Numbered from the stretch's first letter, positions 24,855-38,030 are shown. The stretch is 64,000 bases of DNA from Octopus sinensis (GCF_006345805.1 NC_042999.1:82894001-82958000); one strand, 5' to 3'. Notes: generated by a model from the letters alone, not told the origin. A program made the numbers and translations.

Positions 24855-27188
24855 CATATGTATTTGTGTGTGTGTGTGTGTATGACACGTTACTAAATAA
24901 TAAAAAAAAAAGACACGGTGGTCACTGCCAGAACATATTTCTTCATAGGTCTACTACCAAAGTCTGTAAGACCAGCCAACAAGTGTGTATATACCATCCC
25001 GACTAGCCACTAACCGATACAACAGCTGCAGCAACAACATATAATAATACAATTGCACGTTAATACGGTAACAGCTCGAGACAATAACAATTATATATAA
25101 AAACGGTATCAAATTGATAACATCCGGTCGATGCCGCTTAATGTTCATATAACGGTGTCGTTTGTTTATTGTATTTACTTACGTTCAAGCAGAGGAAAAA
25201 CTTGCTGAATGTATGTGTGTGTGTGTGTGTGTGTGTAAATGGATTATATGCAAATGCATAGTTACAGGTATGTGTTTACGTACGTGCGTGTGTGTGTGTA
25301 TGTATATATGTATCTACATTTATATGTATATACATTGTGTGTATATGAAGGTGGTATTCGAGGTACGGCCTTGGGTCCAGATAAAACAAATTCTACACAC
25401 ATCTCTCTCTACCTCTGTCTATCTATCTATCTATCTGTCTATCTAATTTTTTTGCCCTCTATATACATTATATATATCTATATATATGAGATATAGCTAT
25501 ATTCAATAAATATATCTACATGCATTATATACACATCATATACATTATATATATCTATATACACACACATATATATATAATTATATATCTATATCTATCT
25601 ATCTATCTATATATATACATACATTAAATATATATATATACATACATACATTATATATATTCATATACACATTATATATACATCAAGCACACACACACAC
25701 ATATATATAATGACATTTACAAATTCGACCTATATCAAAAATTCTTAACCGTTAACGTTTCACACTCACATAATAATCTCGCGCACACACACACACACAC
25801 AAGCGCGCGAATGTGTGTGTGCGTGTGTGTGTGTGTTTACTTCGCAATCTCTGAATATCTTGCTCATCCGTTTGTCTTACATATCCCGTTTATCCGTCTG
25901 CCTAACCTACAGACTAATCTATATCTACCCGTCTATAATTATCAATATCGATCAATAGTAAAAACCTGTCTATTTATATCTGACTATTTATATCTACCTA
26001 TCTATATTTATATTGAGCGCGGTTGATTGGCGGAGGTTGGAGAGAACATGCTTTGTATTATTTGGCTCCACCGTTTTACGTTACCGAGTTCAAATCCCGC
26101 CGAGGACAATTTTGCTTCTGCTGTTTCTTCTTTGCGTTGATAAGATAGTTTCAATCAAGTTGTGGAATTGATTCATTTCCCTCAGCTCAGTATCAGACGC
26201 GGCATTGTAAGACGAACACGAGATGGAAGCACTACTGATTGTGTTATTTTCCTCTGAGACCACCACACATCATTCCATTTGGTCAAAGAATCGTCGCCGA
26301 TGATGATGAACATGGTGATAATATTTAGCACTAGTTTCCTGTCTTCTACATCTATATCTAAGTTAGATACGATGCCTTTAGATTTGAATAAAGTATCTGT
26401 CTATTTGTCATCTATCTATCTATCTATCTATCTATCTATTTGTCTATGTGTATCGATTTTCCTCTATTTATCTATCTCACAGCATTTCTCTTTTATGTCG
26501 ATCAATCAATAATTCTTCATAAAGGTCCGCACTGAACTATTCTCGTACACAAACAAACACTCACACACACTTACCTGTATACACAAAAATATATTATTGG
26601 GTTCGAGTCCCAGTGGACGCTCGCATTTCTATTCTTTTTCCACACATTCTTTATATTTGCACAAATGCTCTGTGTAAATGTAAACATTGTATTCCCCGTT
26701 CGATCTTAGGGAAATCATCAAAACATTTGGTTCAAACATAAGCTACGGTTATCTCATGCAATGGAGAGATAACGCTAAATTGTAAGCTTGGGAAAACGTA
26801 GAATATTTATATGATGCATGTATAATACATATGATATATATATATATACATACTTGCATACGTATTGCATATACGCATACTTGTTGCATATATACATACT
26901 TGTTCGCGCGCGTGCACACATATAAATACATACATGCGAGCGCGAGCACACACACACTTATATATATATATGTATATATATGCATATACATACACATATG
27001 CATACATACTTGTTGCAAATATCAAATAATCCCACACTATAGAGAGGGACTTAAGTATATATATTATATACCGTGTACACGTATGCTAGGTGTTGAGGTA
27101 TTTCTTTGCTGTCTAATGACCATACACGCTTTATAGTTTACATCGTATTTCATATAAAGACATTTATATATTTTATATTTATCATATA

Positions 27189-27223
<35 letters not shown>

Positions 27224-27895
27224 ATAAATATAAAATATTTATCATATATATGATTAATATTTATCATGTATGTATATATGATTCATATTATTATATATAT
27301 GTGAATATATAAAGAGATTTCCAGACACTCGCAAAACCATCATTTTCTAGGACGGACATAATAAAATGTATAAATTGCTTCAGTTAACGGAATCAAGAAT
27401 ACTCATAATTGGTTGAGCAAAAGATAAGAACATAAATAAATATATATAAACCAATTGATTTGACTTGAACCAAAGTACAAACTGAACTGGTAAAATAACT
27501 TGTAAATAGAGTAGATGCTGGTGCATTTTGTCATAAGGCTACAACATATTACTTGGTTGGTACATACTGCATGTGTCCTCCCCACATTGCGTATGAAGTG
27601 GATGAGAAGCAAGTGAAATCCCGTAGGATTTGAACTCATAAATAAATAGTTGATATTTGGATTAATTTTTTTTGACGTTGTAAATTGCTGTACTAGTCAT
27701 TGTTCCCCGAACACACACACACACACAGACAATAAGGTGCGGGGTTCAGGGAATCGTGCGGCTAACACAGAAAGCTCTTCTTACGGAATCGGCTAGCAGT
27801 CCACAATTACCAAAAAAGTGTAATGTTGTGTTAATTAATGCAAACATGTACGTATGATTTCTTCCAAAAAGAAATTAATGGTGTATGTGGGTTGC

Positions 27896-27975
27896 GAAAC
27901 GGCCGTAATCTTATTGACATCATGGGGTTGAATAGATATATATATTCACCTCATAGCTCCGGATTTTATGGTTTT
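27896..27975 (+). mobile_element. Second copy of the GAAACGGCCGTA Penelope-like element
   Basis: GAAACGGCCGTA...AATAGATATATATATTCACCTCAT matches the layout of the 21.4 kb copy. Confidence 0.45.
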
Positions 27976-28011
27976 ACATATATCGTGGATGTAATGCCCT
28001 AACCACAAGGC

Positions 28012-28077
<66 letters not shown>

Positions 28078-28898
28078 ACAGCTTCAGCAAATCAGCTGAA
28101 TGACGAAATAGATGAGCATGCGTGGAAACCTTTTTGTTCACTCAATTGTTTTCTGCTGAACGAGTTAAAATAACCATATAGTAGTAATGATAATAATAAT
28201 AATAATATGGTACAGGGTGGGGGTAACAAAGGAACATACGGTAAAAGAAAAAGAAACCTCAGAGGATGATGAACATGAACATGCTTAAACCCTCATCAGT
28301 TGTCCATCAAATATCATTGCAATTTCGACTCCTCTTGATAATATTATTCAATTTGGCAGTGTCAGTAACATAAGCTGTTGGGTATATATAAATCAGAGGA
28401 GATAATGGACGGACACAAACGGATAAAAAATAATAAGGGTACAATTGCTTGAATACTTGCGCATTCCAGACCGAACGGGAAATGGACGAATTACACACAC
28501 ACACACCAGCGGCAGCTCTTGGTACGTGATTATTGCAGGCGATTTTAAAAATGAAAGCCATGTAATAGAAGTACGGTGCATAAATCATGTACATATCAGG
28601 TTTCCAACTGTGTCTCATAAACATGAAAAGTTTATATTCAAAATCTGCTTCATTTGCATTCACGCATACATACATATATGGGGTTGGCACTATGTGTGTG
28701 TGCTCGCGTATATATGTGTGCGTGTATATATATATAAATGTATATATATATATATATATATAACGCCACATACATATATATATAAACGCCACATACATAT
28801 ATATGTATACATAAATAAATAAACGAAAGTACGTACGTACATATTACCAGGTTAAAATTTGTACGCAGTACCAGAAGGAGAATATGATGATTCTAACA

Positions 28899-29025
28899 GG
28901 TGGTACATTACATCTGGTTATTCAAATTTCACATTTCCTATCGTCAGATTGGATATAAAGTATTTTCATACCAGTCTGATGATAGGAAACTTGAAATTAG
29001 CCCTAACCTGATGTGAAGTGCCGAC
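28899..29025 (+). ncRNA. Candidate structured RNA: long imperfect hairpin (pre-miRNA-like or ADAR substrate)
   Basis: Hand pairing of 28925-28952 with 28971-28998 gives 26 of 28 pairs including 2 G-U, with an 18-nt loop; a lower stem continues to about 28899/29025. Confidence 0.4.
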
Positions 29026-29604
29026 CGGAGTAAACATTCTTATATATATATAAATATATAATACGTACATACATATACACTAAAGTGTACTTCTATACGC
29101 GCACGTATTCGAAGTAGGCTATACGGAAGGGTAAAACACATACACACACACAGACAAATCGACTCTGAAAGGATTTCAGCCTACAGAAAGCTTCGTTAAT
29201 TATGTTTCGTCTGACTTTGGGAGAGTACAGCCGGTTTACTCCAACTGGTTCTTTGCTTTGGTACTTTATTTTATCGGCCAGGAAGGATAAAAAGGCAAAC
29301 CTGATCATCGCATAATTAAATACTTTTACGTTATCTTCTACGGTACTGCAATGATTCTGCTCCTCTACATTTTCCCCTTGCAATCTCACATACTCTACCT
29401 TCCACTCTCACTCTTTCTATTGTATTAGCTGCGTTGTTGCTTTCGCTATTCCCGAGTCAGACCTGAATAGAAAAAGGATCGAGGACGTTCTAGTTATGAC
29501 CATCTCATCTTTCTTCGATTTACTTGGACTGTCTTTTAAGACAATAGGGTATGATATATACGCTGAAATTATGCTAAAAATAATAGGTTAAATGTATATA
29601 TATA

Positions 29605-29760
29605 TAAAGGGAAAGTTTACGAAAATAAACAAAAGACGAAGGCAGGTGGAGTACAAACAAACAAATGTATTAGTATAGCGCTCAGGAATAGAAAAAAGTC
29701 TTCTACGTTTCGAGCCTACGCTCTTCTACAGAAAGGGACACAGAAAAAAAAACAAGGAGA
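29605..29760 (-). mobile_element. Penelope-like pseudo-LTR element with hammerhead-like motif
   Basis: Minus strand CTGTAGA-A-GAGC GTAG GCTC-GAAACGTA; about 160 bp homologous to 33598-33765. Confidence 0.6.
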
Positions 29761-30022
29761 GATTGCCCACGCCTGGACTAAAACTCTTCAAGGCAATGCT
29801 CCAGAATGACCGTAGTTCAATCATTCAAACGAGAAAAAGAATAAATGAACTTATATATATACATACTTACGTACTTATATATGTACTTATATATATACAT
29901 ACGTATGTACTTATGTATATATATATATAGTAAATGCACAGACGAGCCGTAATTCTTCATCAGTTATCAACCAGATGATATTGCTCAGTTTCGCACCATT
30001 AAAGATAAGACTGAGATGCTTC

Positions 30023-30068
<46 letters not shown>

Positions 30069-30172
30069 TGTATGTTTGTGTTCATTTATACTTTTTCTCG
30101 TTTGAATGATTGAACTATGGTCATTCTGGAGCACTGCCTTGAAGGGTTTTAGTCCAGGCGTGGGCAATCTCT
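29758..30172. repeat. 93-bp inverted duplication (arms 29758-29850 and 30080-30172)
   Basis: The arms are 89/93 identical as reverse complements, and both contain the same SINE-tail/hAT-TIR junction. Confidence 0.9.
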
Positions 30173-30295
30173 TTCGAAAGGTAGGCCTTATGAGACACAG
30201 CTCATCATCAGGCGGGCCGCACTACTAAAAGAATTCAAAGTAATTTTTCTTTAAGTGTACTATTCCAAAAGTGCTGCGAGCTGCAGGTTGCTCAG
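30155..30295 (+). mobile_element. hAT-type MITE (CAGGCGTGGGCAA end) inserted in a family A SINE; right end degraded
   Basis: TIR-like CAGGCGTGGGCAATC, internal GCGGGCCGCA, degraded CAGGTTGCTCAG end. Confidence 0.6.
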
Positions 30296-30579
30296 TCGAT
30301 CAAACCGACTCTTTTATTGTTTTTCAAAAAAGTTTGTACTTAGTCTATTGGCTTTTCATTTTGTCGAACCGCATCAGCACCGGTGTCAAGCGGGAAGAGG
30401 CAACCACACACAAATGACAGGATTCCATAGTTTCCACCTGCCAAATTCACCCACAAAGCATTGGTCAGCTATAGAAATGCTTGACCAACGTGCCTCGCGA
30501 TGAGACCTAGTCTGAAAGCGTGTGGTTGCGAAGTGGAATTTTAACCAAAATAGCTATGCTTGAGATTTTTGGTCTAAAA

Positions 30580-30894
30580 CAGGTGTCGGCGAACCAGAAT
30601 AAATTACCCCAAGTGGGATAAAAATGAAATTTTGGTGGGTAATGAGAACTCATTAGAAATTAATAAAATCGTATTAAATAAAAAAAAAGCCGTTCCTTGT
30701 TACAACAGAAAATCTTCTGCCAACACTGCATCTGTTCAATGTAATGGACGTGTAAATGGATTTATAGAAATAGGTTCAGCAAAACTTTTGAATTCAAAGA
30801 ATCTGTGAGTTTCTTTCTTTCAAATCAAATGGGGTAACGTCGGCGTAGATAAATGTTTTGAGGTAATTGGTTACAAAAAGGTCCCCGACCCCTG
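30580..30894. mobile_element. hAT (Charlie-like) MITE with 8-bp TSD
   Basis: Ends CAGGTGTCGGCGAACC / GGTCCCCGACCCCTG; flanks GTCTAAAA and GTCTAAAG. Confidence 0.8.
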
Positions 30895-31297
30895 GTCTAA
30901 AGTATACGTGTGTATTTGTGTATTAATGTGTATGTGTGTGTACGTATATACGTATATATCTTTAATTTTATTTGTTGCGGCCATGCTAAGGCATCGTCTT
31001 GAAGGGTTTAGTCAAATAAATCAACCGCAGCAATTACTTTTTAAAACCTGGTACTTTCTTCTTCTATAGGCCTTTTTTTTTGCCAAACCAGGACGTAAAG
31101 AAACCAACAGCGGTAGTGAAGAACACACACATTACACACTTATGGCGGGCTTCTTTCAGTTTCCGTCCACCAAGTCCACTCACAAGACTTTGGCCGTCCC
31201 GGGGCCATAGTAGAAAACATTTGCCTAAGGTGTCACTCAATGGGACTGAACCCGGAACCACGTAGATAGGAAGCAAACTCCTTACCACACATTCACA

Positions 31298-31349
<52 letters not shown>

Positions 31350-32049
31350 ACATTCATACTTATATTCTCATATATATATGAAATGTAATATAATATAATA
31401 AAACAAACGACCATTTATATATCGTAGTTCGTAAGTCTCAATTGACCGAAATCTTAGGTGTCTGCTTTTTCCTCTTGAGAAACGATCCATATGAACTGGC
31501 ACCGCTCAGACAGTAAGCGATACTTGTCTCAAGTTCTTTATCCTTCTGTATTATACGGAAGCCAACCCCGTTTCCTCAACACTTCATCTGGCTGGCTGCC
31601 TGCCTTCACCACGAGACGAACAAACCGCATTGTCAAAGGTCGATTGCCGGATCTTTACTATTTATTCAACTGGCTATGGTTACTGTTTGTTTTAATTCGT
31701 TCTGTTTCTTTATTTATTGTCTCTTGCTTCTCTCTGTTATTGTATCTGTCTATCTTTATATCTACATTTTCGTCCTTTCTTTCGACCTCTCGTCCGTCTG
31801 TCTTGCCGACTGTCCGTTTTATATTAATTTATCTATACATTCTTTTTTTGCTACTTGTTTTAGTCATTGGACTGCAGCCATTCTGGGCCACTGCCTTGTT
31901 GAGTTCAGTTGAAGAAATGGACCCCAGTACTTAAGTATTTTAAGTATTGGGGTCTTATTGAATCAGACTCTTGCCGAACTGCTAATAACAAACCAACACC
32001 CGTTATCAAGCGGTGGTGGACGCACACACACGCACACACACACAATCTC

Positions 32050-32445
32050 GTTTCAGTCATTAGACTGCGGCCATGCTGGGTCACCGCCTTGAATTTTTAG
32101 TCGCACGAATCGAATCCAGTGCTTATTTTTAAAGCTTGGTACTTATTTTGTTGGTTTTTTCTTTTGCCGAACCGCTAACTTACGGGGATGCAAACACACC
32201 AACACCGGTTGTCAAGGGGCTGGTGTTGGTGGGGACAAGCACAGACACGAAGACACACACACACATAAATATACATACATGTGTAAATATATTATACGAC
32301 GGGCTTCTTTTTAGTTTCCGTCTACCAAATCCCACTCACAAGTCTCTTTTTGGTCGGCCCGAGGCTATAGTAGAAAATACTTGTCCAAGATATCACGCAT
32401 GTGGTTGGGAAGCAAGCTTGTTACCACACAACCATGCCTGCACAC
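32050..32445 (-). mobile_element. SINE family A
   Basis: TTTCAGTCATTAGACTGCGGCCATGCTGGG...CGACGGGCTTC...CCACACAACCATGCCTGC on the plus strand. Confidence 0.85.
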
Positions 32446-33597
32446 GCACACACACACACACACCGATACTGATTTACCATCCATCACAATTTATCGTAAG
32501 TTTTCTTGTACTCAAGTGTGTTGTGTTGTTCTTCCTTCCTTCCTTCCTATATTTTTCCCTTTATAAAAAGTATATTCGTCTGTCCATCCCATCACTTTTA
32601 CACCACCAGTTTGTCTATATTTCTGCATACTTTCTTGTCTCTCGCTGTTTCATGACTGTCCGTTTCATAATCATAATTCATTCATTTATATCTATCTCTC
32701 TTTCTGTCTAGCTTTTTCACAATCTATCGATCTTTATATCTGTCTCGCTGTTCCCTTCCAGTCTGCAATAGGTTCATTTAAACAGAAATCAGAACAAATA
32801 CACAAAATAAAAATACAAGAACAGTAATGTGTATGTACATAGGTTTGTGTGTGTATATATGTATATTTGTATGTGTGTATATATATATATTTGTGTGTAT
32901 ACATTTGTACACACACAAGTTCCTTCGTGATTCAGTGAGCTTTTTTATAATTAAAGATTTAAATTGCCAACGGAAGAGCTGACTGAAGCATACTCTCTCT
33001 CCTTCTCCCCCCTCTCAATCTTTTTCTCACTCCCCCCCCCCCCACACACATCCACTGACACTTTAGTTCGTTTTGTATGTGTTTGGGTGTGTGTGTGTGT
33101 ATATACTCGTCAGCCAGCTCTTTCGTTAACGATTCGAATCTGATTTAAATCTTATATTGATTGATAAAGCTTGTTAAGTCGATGGGGTTTTTCTTTTTCT
33201 TTCTCTTTACTGTTGGGGCAGTTATAAATGTGTGCGTGCTTATTGTTACATACATACATACGTGTGTGAATGCTACTTAATTCAGTTCTGTTCATGCACA
33301 CGTACATACACATATATATGTAAAGTGGATTCTCCGTCGATTTCGGCGTTGAGTATTGCTGCAGTTGCGCGATCAACTGAACCACTTAGTCAATGAATTT
33401 TAATATAATTGGCTGACGGAGTACTCCAGACACACATGCTCGTGCCTTTAAGCATTATTCTCAATCAGAATTATTGTAATGAATTGCGTGTATATGTGTG
33501 TGTGTGTGTGTGTCTATGTATGTGGTCCATATCCAGAAAGGATAGATGAGTAAAAAAACAAACGTCTGAATTAAGTGGTAAGGCTCTCTATCTCTCA

Positions 33598-33765
33598 TAT
33601 ATAGGGAGAATTCACGAAAACAAAAAAAAACAAAAGACGAAGACAGGTGTGTAGAAAACAAACAGATGTGTTAGTATAACGCTCGGGAATTGAAAAAGTC
33701 TTTTATGTTTCGAGCCTACGCTCTTCCACAGAAAAGAATACAGAAAGAAACAAGGAGAGAAACAA
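33598..33765 (-). mobile_element. Penelope-like pseudo-LTR element, second copy of the 29.6 kb family
   Basis: Minus strand CTGTGGA-A-GAGC GTAG GCTC-GAAACATA. Confidence 0.6.
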
Positions 33766-33772
33766 TATATAT

Positions 33773-33986
33773 TCTTTTACTTGTTTCAGTCATTTGACTG
33801 TGGCCATGCTGGAGCACCGCATTTAGTCGAGCAAATCGACCCCAGGACTTATTCTTTGTAAGCCTAGTACTTATTCTATCGGTCACTTTTACCGAACTGG
33901 TAAGTTACGAGGACGTAAACACACCAGCATAGGTTTTCAAGCGATGTTGGAAGATAAACACAGACACACAAACATATACACACACA

Positions 33987-34024
<38 letters not shown>

Positions 34025-34175
34025 GACGGGCTTCTTTCAGTTTCTGTCAACCAAACCCCCTCACAAGGCTTTGGTCTGCTCGACGCTATAGTAGAAAACA
34101 CTTGCTCAGGGTGCCATGCAATGAAACGGAACCTAGAACCATGTTGTTGGGAAACAGACTTTTTACCACACATAG
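33773..34175 (-). mobile_element. SINE family A, full length
   Basis: TATTCTTTTACTTGTTTCAGTCATTTGACTG...TTTTACCACACATAGC on the plus strand. Confidence 0.88.
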
Positions 34176-34458
34176 CTAGATAGAGCGCTAGCCTTTTGAA
34201 CTACGTATTTAGTCCATTCGGTCGACTCCCACATAACCTCTGCCAAACACGATTTCTCTCCCTTGTCTTCGGTCCACAGATTTTCGTTGTTGGTGTTCTT
34301 ACTGCACCGTATTGCACACTCATGAAGTGCAGTGTAACAGTCGAGAGATTATTTATGTACTCACATACGTACAGGTTAAAACCCCACCCAAAAAAACTAG
34401 TCTTCTTTGTTGATAATGTCCTGGATATTCAACAGATTAAAGGTAGTAGCATCTAAAC

Positions 34459-34781
34459 CAGGGGTTCTCAACCATTTTTTCTTTTTTAACCTATGGATCC
34501 CTTTGATTGCTATTTTATTCCAGTGGACCCTCATCGCCATTCGATATTGAAAAATTAGCTTGTTTAGATGCTCTGAAATTCCTATTTTATTTCTCACACA
34601 TTGTGTTCGTTGAACTACGTGAAATGCTAGAGAAAGAAACCTGGTGGTTTCTTGCAATACATACATCTAAAACCAAATTCTTTTCAGGGGCTCTTCAAAT
34701 ACTATTGTGGATCTCAATTTACTGTTTTGTTGCATGTCCACCCCACCCCCATCTTATGTGGATCCCAGATGAGAAACACTG
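34459..34781. mobile_element. hAT (Charlie-like) MITE with perfect 8-bp TSD
   Basis: Ends CAGGGGTTCTCAAC / GATGAGAAACACTG; ATCTAAAC at 34451-34458 and 34782-34789. Confidence 0.9.
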
Positions 34782-34795
34782 ATCTAAACACTGTA

Positions 34796-34850
34796 CCGGC
34801 ATACCTCAACTTACGTCATTTCGAGTTACGTTTTCATCGACTTTACGTCG
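34796..34850 (+). mobile_element. pogo/Tigger-like terminal repeat fragment
   Basis: TA-CCGGCATACCTCAACTTACG..TTCGAGTTACG resembles Tigger-type TIRs; no partner end found. Confidence 0.4.
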
Positions 34851-36331
34851 TTGCATTAAGACTTTAATAGGAAAAATAAACCTCATTCTCAGTCGATTTA
34901 TCCGATTTTATGTCGGTCTCGGGGGACATCTTTAAAAAGCATAGAATTAAAACAAAAAAACTACCTAAAAAGCCAATACTGAAGTGAAAAATCAAATAAA
35001 ATGCACGTGAAAATACATGCAAACCAATTACTTAAGAAAGATATTAACAAATAAGGTTTTAAAATGTTTTTCCGTGTTAAGTCGCATTGTATTGGAACTA
35101 ATAACCGACGTATGTTGAAGTATGCCTGTATTTCGTATTCGATGTATTTATTAACTTGCTGTCTTGAACTGTGTATAATAGCGTCTTTGGTTTTGAGGTT
35201 TACAATAGACCAATCACTGGTTCATTTCATTTCGACGGCGAGACCAGCAAGGGAGTGTATGAAACTCGGAAGAGAACAAACGTTGCAAATGACTTCGAAG
35301 AGTGCAAACTTTTCGATTTTCTTGCCGATGATTGTTTGCGTCCGCTCCACCCCACCTTCGTTTTACATACAGACTACTTACATTTCTTACATATATATGC
35401 AAAGCGAGAGGTGCATTGCCTAACATGTAAATGAACACAAATGACAAATCTGCATGTAATTTGATATAAAATTCTTCGTTTTTAATGAGAGAAAGCTAAG
35501 AAAAACAGTACTTGCATACATTTGCTAACTGTACCCTACTTCAACTACATAGTTTTGATTTTATTTTTGTAACTGTATTAATAAGTATACCAATATTCGC
35601 CCTCTGACTGATTATGTCTGTGTTGAGATACATTTTGTGTTGATATATGTTTCGTGATATTTTCTGCAAACAGTATTTGAGCTCTGGTGCAACTGTGCTC
35701 AAATTTCGCCGAGGTCAGCTTGGCGTTTTACCCTTTCAGGGAAGGGAAAAGTAACAGCCAGTTCTCTCCCTCTGTCTCGTCTGCGTTATACTGTAACAAC
35801 TATTATTAGGGACTATTCTCAAAAATCCATTTCTTCTAAAGCCGTCCAGGAACCGACCGATGTGCAGTACAAAATAGGAATAAAGAAGTTATAATTTCAT
35901 GTGTCTTTCTTTGTTAGATTTTGAATGTGTTTGTTTATAGTTTGTCTATTTAGATTCTATGTTTAGTGTTTGAAAAAATATTTTTTTGTATCGTTTGCTC
36001 TCCTATGAAGATACGTGTAGTTAATATATACACAACACGACATACAAAAGCGCATCATATGTAACTAAACCTAATGCTGAAGAGATAACGAAATAACTAA
36101 TACACACGTGACTGATTAATTCTAGTTTCCACAGAAACGAGACAAAAATATTTCATTACATTTAAAGTTAAAAAGAATATTTTTAAATGCTTCGTATTGT
36201 TTTTTTTTTCTTTTTTACTACGATTTAAAAGAATGTATCTTTTAAAATACTTCAAACACCAAAAATTTTAACTCTGCACCAATTAGAGATTGTCTGGATA
36301 CATACTGGCTTTATATATAATAATACAAATC

Positions 36332-36362
<31 letters not shown>

Positions 36363-37831
36363 CACGCACATCCACATGCAATATATACATGCACACGTAG
36401 GCACAGGACGCCACGAAACGTGCACAACAAAAAAGTACGAAGCACGACCACATGGAACATGAACTACACTTTCGAACAACGAAACAAACAACACAAAGAA
36501 CGACCCCCCCCCCATCAGCCGTTTCTCTAGGCCCGCACCTCGAGCACTTAAAAACAATATACGCTTTCGATAAAACAGTTGCTCCCGCAATATTTTAATA
36601 ATATTTGCGCATATGTGCAAACTTACCTTGTGTTACAAAAGGATTGCGTTCCTGATTCCCTTGGCACGAAACCTATTTTCCCATTGTCTTCTTTGTTATA
36701 TAAATTGCGATGCGCTCCTTACGGAACTTTTCCGGAATAAATTATAAACTAATATAACCATTTTTCTGTTTGAAAATAAGCATTTTTAAACACACGAGGT
36801 GCGATACAACATACATTAAGCAAAAAAGCCACATTTGAAAAGAAATACAATAGGAGACAAATATAATCTTTTAGCTTCCGTATGATTGACCATCGTTTTT
36901 GTTGGCACATTAATGCCCACTCTAATCCTCAGTCGAGTACTGTTGCATTTATGAAAAAATAATGTCTGGCCAGTTTAATGGACCAGCTGTTTCAACGTTT
37001 GATGTAATTTTATCTTTGTTGTCACATTCGTTTTCCACTGTAAACGTTGCAAGCTTTAAATGTTTTTGCAATATGGCTGAATTTTTTTCTCCTGCATCAA
37101 CAGACCTTTTGTAAAACTTAAAGTTTAACGTTCGCCTAATCCCTTCACAATTCTTTTGCGTACAACTGCTTTCATTTATATATATATATTATATATATAT
37201 ATACATATATATATATACTTGATGACATATTTCTAGTCATATTGGAAAGGTTAATGCAATTCCCTGTGCTGTATAATTGTTAAAAGAAGTTAAATCAAAC
37301 AGTGGCGGCGATAGGCAATAAACACACATTGCTGTGAAGATGGACAGTAATAATAGACACCAAATAAATGTTATTTCTAATATTGATAATTCTTTCCACA
37401 TATATTGGCTTTAAGTTCACGTATCAAATAATGCCTCCCAGTATTTCGACTCTGCGTTCTTTGTTCAAATCCCACTACAGTCAACTTTGCCTTTCGTCTT
37501 TTCGGAGAAAAGAAAAAAGAAAATACCAACCCAGGGTGAGGGATTGGCAGAATTGGAAGAACGGTAGACTAGGTGCCTTGCGATATTTGTGTTTGTGTGC
37601 GTTTTGAGTTCAAATCCTGCCGTGACTGACAATACTTCTTTGGTGCCTTTTGCAGAGTCCACTTTATTGTAAACCTTTCAGGTCAGGTCTTTGGTTTGAG
37701 GTATATTTCTCCCTCTCGCCAGTCTTGGACAGCATCTCAAGAACCATAAGGCATTGCTTTATCTCCTGATGAAAAAACACACAGACAAAACGAACGGCAT
37801 GCAATATTTTATTATTATACTAAATAAATGA

Positions 37832-38030
37832 AGCACGCCGGAACAAAATGCTTAGCGGCATTTCGTTTATCCTTGCGCTCTTAGTTCAAATCCTGCCGAA
37901 GTCGACTTTGCCTTTCATCCTTTTAGGGTCGATAAAATAAGTACCAGTTGAGCACTGGGATCGATGTAATCGTCCAGCTATCCCCTCTAAAATATTTCAG
38001 GTCTTTGTGCCTATAGTGGAAAGAATTATA
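37832..38030 (+). mobile_element. SINE family B
   Basis: GCCGAAGTCGACTTTGCCTTTCATCCTTTTAGGGTCGATAAAATAAGTACCAG. Confidence 0.85.

Noticed and set aside
28285-28305. Minus-strand CTGATGAG hammerhead-like core (similar case near 29965)
   Set aside because: No downstream GAAA or stem III.
28884-28979. Box C (ATGATGA) and box D (CTGA) spaced like a C/D snoRNA
   Set aside because: No terminal stem, and the D box lies inside the strong hairpin arm.
31480-31512. 33-nt phase-compatible microexon after the Ig-like exon
   Set aside because: It would read ETIHMNWHRSD, replacing the conserved Gly and lacking the B-strand Cys.
35171-35434. Protein-like ORF (FHFDGETSKGVYETRKR...) with two open frames
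   Set aside because: Weak donor, no recognisable domain and not the expected Ig continuation.
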